64,000 nt of DNA from the NCBI RefSeq assembly GCF_009914755.1, contig NC_060927.1, one strand, 5' to 3'. How positions within the stretch are numbered: position 1 is the stretch's first letter; the number at the start of each line of letters is the position of its first letter. Below are positions 57,909 to 64,000 of this stretch, one piece after another. Both the position numbers and the translations under genes were made by a program. The notes below the pieces were generated by a model. It was not told the DNA's origin. It was given only the letters and a program-made list of their open reading frames with translations, and made no database searches. This DNA is from the human T2T-CHM13v2.0 reference genome, Homo sapiens.

Positions 57909-60357
57909 TTGGTTGTGTTTTCTTTCTGTTACCCGATGGCTCTGGCTAGGACATCCTGTACTATGTTGAATAGGAGTAGTGAGACTGAGCATCTTTGTCT
58001 TGCTCCAGTTCTCTAGGAAAATGTTTCCAGCTTTAGTCTATTCAATATGATGTTGGCTATGGATTTGACATCATAGATGACATTTATTATTTTGAGATAT
58101 ATTTATTTGATGCCTAGTTTTGTGAGAGTTTTTATTATGAAAGAAATTTGAATTTTATCAAAGGCTTTTTTGTGTTATCTATTGAGACAAACATGTGGTT
58201 TTTATTTTTAATTCTCTTTATGTCTTGAATCACATTTATGGATTTGCATATGTACAACCAACTTTGCATCCCAGTAATGAAGTCTACTTGGTCATGGCGA
58301 ATTATCTTTCAGATGTGCTGCTGGATTTTGTTGAGGATTTTCGCTTCTATGTTCATCAGGGAAATTGGCCTGCTGTTTTCTTTTTTCACCATGTCTTTGC
58401 CAGGTCTTGCCAATGTGTTACTGACTTCATAGAATGAGTTAGAGATTAGTTTCTCCTCCTCAATCTTTAAAATAGTTTCAACACAATTGGTAACAGCTCT
58501 TCTTTATACATTTGATAGAATTCAGCTTTGAATTCATCTGTTGCAGAGCTTTTTTTGGTTGGTAGATTTTTTTTTTTATTACTGATTCAATTTTGGGACT
58601 CAATATTGGTCTGTTCAGGGTTTCAATTTCTTCCTGATTCAATCTTGGGAAGTTGTGTGTTTCTAGGAATTGATCCATTCCCTCTAGATTTTTCTTGTTT
58701 TTGTGTATAGAGGTGTTCATAATAGTCTCTGGGGCTCTTTTGTATTTCTGTGAGATGTGTTGTAATGTCATCTTTGTTGTTTCTGATTGTGCTTATTTGG
58801 GTCTTTTCTCTTTTTTTCTTAGTTAACCTAGCTAGCAGTCTATTGATCTTGTTGATCCTTTCAAAAACCAACTTTTGGTTTTATTGATTCTATGCTTGAA
58901 TTTTTTGCTCTAAATTTTGTTCAGTTCTGCTCTGATTTTGGCTGTTTCTTTTCTTCGACTAGCTTTAAGGTTGGTTTGTTCTTGTTTTCTTGCTCCTTTA
59001 CTTGTTATATGAGATCATTATTTGAGATTTCCCTAACTTTTTGAGGTGAGAGTATGGCACTATAAACTCTCCTGTTTACACTGCATTTGCTGCACCCCAT
59101 AGATTTTTGGCATGTTGTATCTCTGTTTTCATTATTTCAATTTTTTTTATTTCTGCCTTAATTTCATTGCTCACCTAAAAGTCATTCAAGAACAAGTTGT
59201 TTAATTTCAATGTAATTGTATGGTTTGGGGAGACCTTCTGGGTATTGAGTTCTATTTTTATTCCACTGTGGTCCCAGAGTGTGGTTGATATGTTTTGATT
59301 TTATTGAATTTATTGAGATTTGCTTTATCACTGAGCAAGTGGTTGATCCTGGAATATGTGCCATGTATAGATGAGAAGAATATGTATTGTATGTTTGATG
59401 GGTGGAGTATTCTGCAGTTGTCTATCAGGTCCAATTGGTCAAGTGTCAAATTTAAATCCAGAATTTCTTTGTTAGTTTTTTTCCTTAATGATGTCTTTAA
59501 TGCTATAAGTAGATTGCTGAAGTCCTCCATTTTTATTCTGTGGCTTTCTAAGTCTTTTTCTGTCTAGAAGTGTTGTTTTGTGAATCTAGGTGCTCCAATG
59601 TTGGGTGCATATATATTTAGGTTTAATTACCTTGTTGAATTGAACTCCTTATTAGTATGTAATGCCCTTCTTTGTCACTTTTTACTGTTGTTGATTTAAT
59701 GTCTCTTTTGTCTGATAGAAGAATTGTGACACCTGTTCTTTTTTGTTTTCTATGTATATGATAAGTCTTTCTTCAATCTTTTAAGTTGATTTATGGGTGT
59801 CATTATGTGTGAAATGGGTCTCCTGAAGACAGCAGATGAATAAATAGATAAGTCTAATTTTTGTAATGCAAGTTGCTACTCTGTGCCTTTTAAGTAGGGT
59901 TTTTCCATTGTTTATATTCAATATTAATATTGATATATTTGGTTTTGACCCTATCATAAAGTTGTTAGATGGCCGCTTTGTAGTTTCTATTGTGTGCTTA
60001 CTTTATAGGGTCTGTGAACTATGTACTTCAGTGTATTTTTGTGGTAGCAGGTGTTATTCTCTTATTTCCATGTTAGAACTCCCTTAAGACTCTCTTGTAA
60101 GGCTGATCTAGTGGTAATGAATTTCCGTTCCCTTAGTACTTGTTTGTTTGTAAAAGATTGTATATCTGCTTCATTTATGAAGCCTAGTTTGGCAGAATAT
60201 GAAATTCTTGGTTGGATTTTCTTGTCTTTATGGATACTGAAACTCCATTCTCCCCAGGCTTGTAAACTTTCTGCTGAGAAGTCTGCTGTTAGTCTGATGG
60301 TATTCCTTTTGTATGTCATCTGATATTTTACTTTAGCTGCCTTTAAGATTTTTTTCA

Positions 60358-60690
60358 GGCAAGGCACAGTGGCTCACACCTGTAATCCCAGCACTTTGGG
60401 AGACCAAGGCAAGTGGATCACTTGAGGCCAGGAGTTTGAGGCCAGCCTGGCTAACACAGCAAATACTGTCTCTATTAAAAATATAAAAATTAGTTTGGTG
60501 TGGTGGTATACTCCTGTAGTCACAGCTACTCGGGAGGGTGAGGCGAGAGTATTGCTTGAACCCAGAAGGTGGAGGTTACAATGAGCCAAGATTGTGCCAC
60601 TGCACTCCAACCTGGGCAACAAGAAAGACTTTGTCAAAAAAAAAAAAAAAAAAAAAAAGAGAGAGAAAGAAAAAACAGAAAAGAAAAATA
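60358..60690 (+). mobile_element. AluJ-like element
   Basis: Dimeric Alu with gaggccaggagtttgaggccagcctgg and a long A-rich tail. Confidence 0.92.
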
Positions 60691-61809
60691 AATTGTTTTC
60701 TTTAGCATTGACCTTGGATATTCTGGTGACTATATGCCTCATGACATTCATTTTGTATAGTATTTTGCAGATGTTCTCAGGTTTTCTTCTAACTCTCTAG
60801 GGAGATTAGGGAGGTTTTCTTGAATTATTTTCTGAAATATGTTTTTCAGGATTTTTTTTCTCCTAATCTATCAGCAATGTCAATGATTCATAGGTTTGAT
60901 CACTTTACACAATCAAAGACTGTCCATTTTTAAAATTTATTTTTCTTTTACATTTTTTCTGACTGGGTTAATTTGAAAGAATGGGCTTCAAGCACTGAAC
61001 TTTTTCTTCTTCTTCCTCCAGTCTACTAATAAAGATTTCAGTTGTATTTTAAAAATAATTAAATAAGTTTTTCAATTTCAGCAGCTCTAATTCATTTTGT
61101 TTTAAGATGTTTGTCTCCTCTTTCATTTCTTGGATTGATTTAGAAGTTTCTTTGTGTTGATTTTCAACCTTGTCTTGGATCTTGTTGAGCTTCCTTGCAA
61201 TCCGTACTCTCAATTCTTCATCTATCTTTTCTGTCTTTCCATTTTGATTAAGAACCATTGCTGGAGAGCTAATGTGATCCTTTGGTGGATCACAAAATTC
61301 AGATTTTTCATTGTGCCAGTTTTTCTGCACTGATTCCTTCTCATCTGGAGACTCTGGCACTTCTAACTTTTTACTTATTTTGTGGGACAGGATTTTCTTT
61401 ATTCTTTCCCTATACTATTATTATTATTATTTATTTCCCTTTCCTCCTGCCAAAGGGAGTGACTGTAGCAAATCCTGGGTAGCGGCTTTGGCTTTGCTTC
61501 TTTGCATTTCTGTCAGCAGGTTTTACATTGGGCTGGGTTCAACCTATGAGCCAGTAGATGATGATGGGTAAGAGGTGCTGATGGGTAAGAGCCAGCTAAG
61601 GTGTCTGTGTTGTTTACCTGATCCTTGTTTACTAGGAGAAACTCTCTGTTGCCTCAGCCAATGGGCGGATCTGTGGAGTGCACAGTGGTCTCCCTGCTCA
61701 ACCCGAGGGGTGTGGGGTAAAAATGGGTGGGCCCAGACCAGACAGGCCCACCTAAGGGTCTCTTGATGGCAGACACAAGCACCAGTGCTGAGGGCAAGTT
61801 CTGTAGATG

Positions 61810-62690
61810 ATCATAAAGCCCCCAGAGGTGTGCCTAGGCATGGAGCTCTGAAATCTCCTTGGCCCCAAATTCTCTACACAGGGATTGAGGGTGGCCTAAT
61901 GTCCTAATCCAAGACAGTGGGTGCTCCAGATGCCTGAAGGTCTGCCTGAGTGTAAAGCACAGAGGGCCCCACTTCAGCACAATATGCACAGAAAAGGTGG
62001 GGCAGTTGAGGCTGCTCATCTGGGAAAGTGGGTGCTCCAACTGCCTGGAGCTCTGCCTGGATATGAAGCAGACAGGGCCCCATTGGACCCAGATCTCTGC
62101 ACAGGAAGGGTGAGGTGGCTCAGGCTGATGATCTTGGCAAGTGGGTACTCCAAATACCTGGAGATCAGCCTGTGCATAAAGTAGAGAGTGTCCCACTGCA
62201 CCAGGATCTCTGTACAGGATGAATGAGGTCACCCTTGGGCTGCTAAATGAAGCAAGAAAGTGCTCTAAATGCTTGGAAATCTATTTGGATGTGAAGTGGA
62301 GAGGATCTCCTTGCACCAGGATTTTTATACAGGAAGGGTAGGGTGGCTCAGGCTGCCAATCTGGGCAAACAATTGCTTTGAATACCTTAAGATCTGCTTC
62401 AGTATGGAGCAGAGAGGGCCCTGTTGCACCATAATATATGTATGTCCAGTAAGGGTGGTGTAGCCTAGATTGCTAATCCAGGACAGCAGATGCTCCAAGA
62501 GCTTGGAGATCTGCCTAGGCATGGAGTGGGCTCCACTTTACCATGATCTATGCCCAAAATGGTTGGGCAGCTCAGGCTGCTGGTCTAGGCAAGCATGTGC
62601 CCTGAATGCCTGCAATTCTGTCTGGGGGTGAAGCCGAGAGGGCCCCATTGCACACTGCACCAGGATCTCAGGGGAGCAGGCTGGAGCACT
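61810..62690 (-). repeat. ~113-bp tandem monomer array (7 units plus a partial) in the L1 5'UTR
   Basis: Anchor gtgctcc..atgcctggagatctgcctg recurs at 61921, 62032, 62145, 62260, 62373, 62490 and 62597. Confidence 0.85.
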
Positions 62691-63436
62691 CAGCAATGAC
62701 ACAAGCAGATCAGTTCCAGGTCATCAAACTGGACCAGGTTGCAAGTCTCAGTGCCCAGAAGTAACCACTGCTGCAGCAGCTCTCCTCTCACCCCAGCCTG
62801 TAATGGGGAAGGACAAAACTACGGTGCCTACTGCTGAAGACTTTCCACAGTTCTGGCTGTGGAGGCCCTACCCCACTCCAGAGCAAGTAGGCCAATCTTT
62901 GGTCTCAGACTAAAATGTCTGCACAGCCACACTGCAGAGTCACCAAAGAATGGCTGACTTGGTATGTACCTGAATTGAAAATGGCATCCTGCTCTGGGTC
63001 CTGGTGTGGGAAAATGCCTGCAGCATTTCCCAGTATCTTCTCCTCTCAGTGTCTCCAGGCTTTCCCCAAGTTAGCTCCAGGGATTGGGAGGAACAAAGAA
63101 TTCTCCCTCAGCCTGGGTTGCTCAGATCCTAAGTGGAAAAGTGAGTCACAGAGGGAGGCTCTCTGCCTCTCCCACATACTGGGGCTTCACTCACTTTTAT
63201 TAGCCCGATGTCAATTAGCATGTCAATGCTGTTTGCCAGCATTCTCCTCCCCAGATCTGAAGTGTCCTTCATGATTACAGTGGATTCCTGTTTTCCTTCT
63301 TGAATTAAAGCTCACAGAGTTGATCTTTATGCACTATCTTGCTATTTCCAATTGGCTGAAGCATCCTAAAGCCTCTAATCGGCCATCTTGGAAAAAAATT
63401 CTAGAAATTTAATTTTAGATATGTTGTTGCCTTAAC

Positions 63437-63795
63437 TGCTATGATGTGAATGTTTGTGTCTCCCCCGAATTCATGTGTTGAAACCTAAACAGCCAGGCAA
63501 TAGTTTTAGGAGGTGGGGCCTTTGGGAGGTGATTAAGTCGTCAGGGCAGAACCCTCATGAATGGGGATAGTACCCTTATAGAAGAGGCCCCAGAGAGCTC
63601 CCTGGCCCCTGCCACCACATGAAGGAGGACAAAGCTAGCATGTCTCATCTATGAACCAGATAGCAGGCCCTTGCCAGACATCAAATCTGCCAGTGCCTTG
63701 GTCTTAGACTTCTCAATCTCCAGAAATGTGAGAAATAAATTTTGTTGTTTATAAGCCACCCAGTTTTTGATATTTTAAGTTCCAACAGACTGACA
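63437..63795 (+). mobile_element. MLT1A-type solo LTR
   Basis: tgctatgatgtgaatgtttgtgtc...ggtggggcctttgggaggtgatta...gactgaca, with TSD ttaac/ataac. Confidence 0.88.
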
Positions 63796-63814
63796 ATAAC
63801 TCATTGCATACACC

Positions 63815-63965
63815 AATGGAGATGTTGAAAAATAAGTTTGATACATGCACCCAGAATTCAGGGGAGAGCTCTCAGTCAAGAGAAGTAAATTTGGGAGAAA
63901 TTATCATATAAATTGTATTTAAATCCATGAGAATGGATAAATCACCTATAGAGTGAGTACAAGAA
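63815..63965 (-). mobile_element. L2 fragment
   Basis: ttcaggggagag...aatttgggag...tatttaaatccatgagaatggat is an antisense L2 pattern. Confidence 0.55.
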
Positions 63966-64000
63966 CACTTATAAGAATAAGTTTCAAAAGTAAACCCTCA

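Noticed and set aside
61810-62690. CRISPR-like regularly spaced repeats
   Set aside because: Whole units are homologous, with no unique spacers and no cas genes. The array lies in a primate L1 5'UTR.

Overview
AT-rich, CpG-depleted primate genomic DNA. It is most likely human or another ape, given Alu S/Y/J copies and an L1PA3/PA2-type LINE-1. Most of the window is interspersed repeat. It holds several LINE-1 copies of different ages, including one full-length but inactivated L1PA3/PA2 at 48165-54210. It also holds MaLR/ERVL LTR elements (THE1/MST/MLT), six Alus, hAT DNA-transposon relics, L2/MIR fragments and microsatellites. I recognise no host protein-coding gene. The ORFs I can assign are L1 ORF1/ORF2 debris, Alu/MaLR read-through or low-complexity artefacts, and the rest are short and unrecognised. 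I found no convincing novel biological system. The best observations are: (1) a probable ~200-bp 3' transduction carried by the full-length L1; (2) an ancient 5S-derived AmnSINE1 copy, a family known for enhancer exaptation; (3) a near-intact L1 ORF0/antisense-promoter unit facing candidate minus-strand exons; (4) a three-level nested L1/MaLR/solo-LTR stack; (5) rearranged L1 mosaics and junctions; (6) a perfect 65-nt AT-rich palindrome. Subfamily calls come from recalled consensus sequences, not a RepeatMasker run, and the boundaries of old repeats are approximate.
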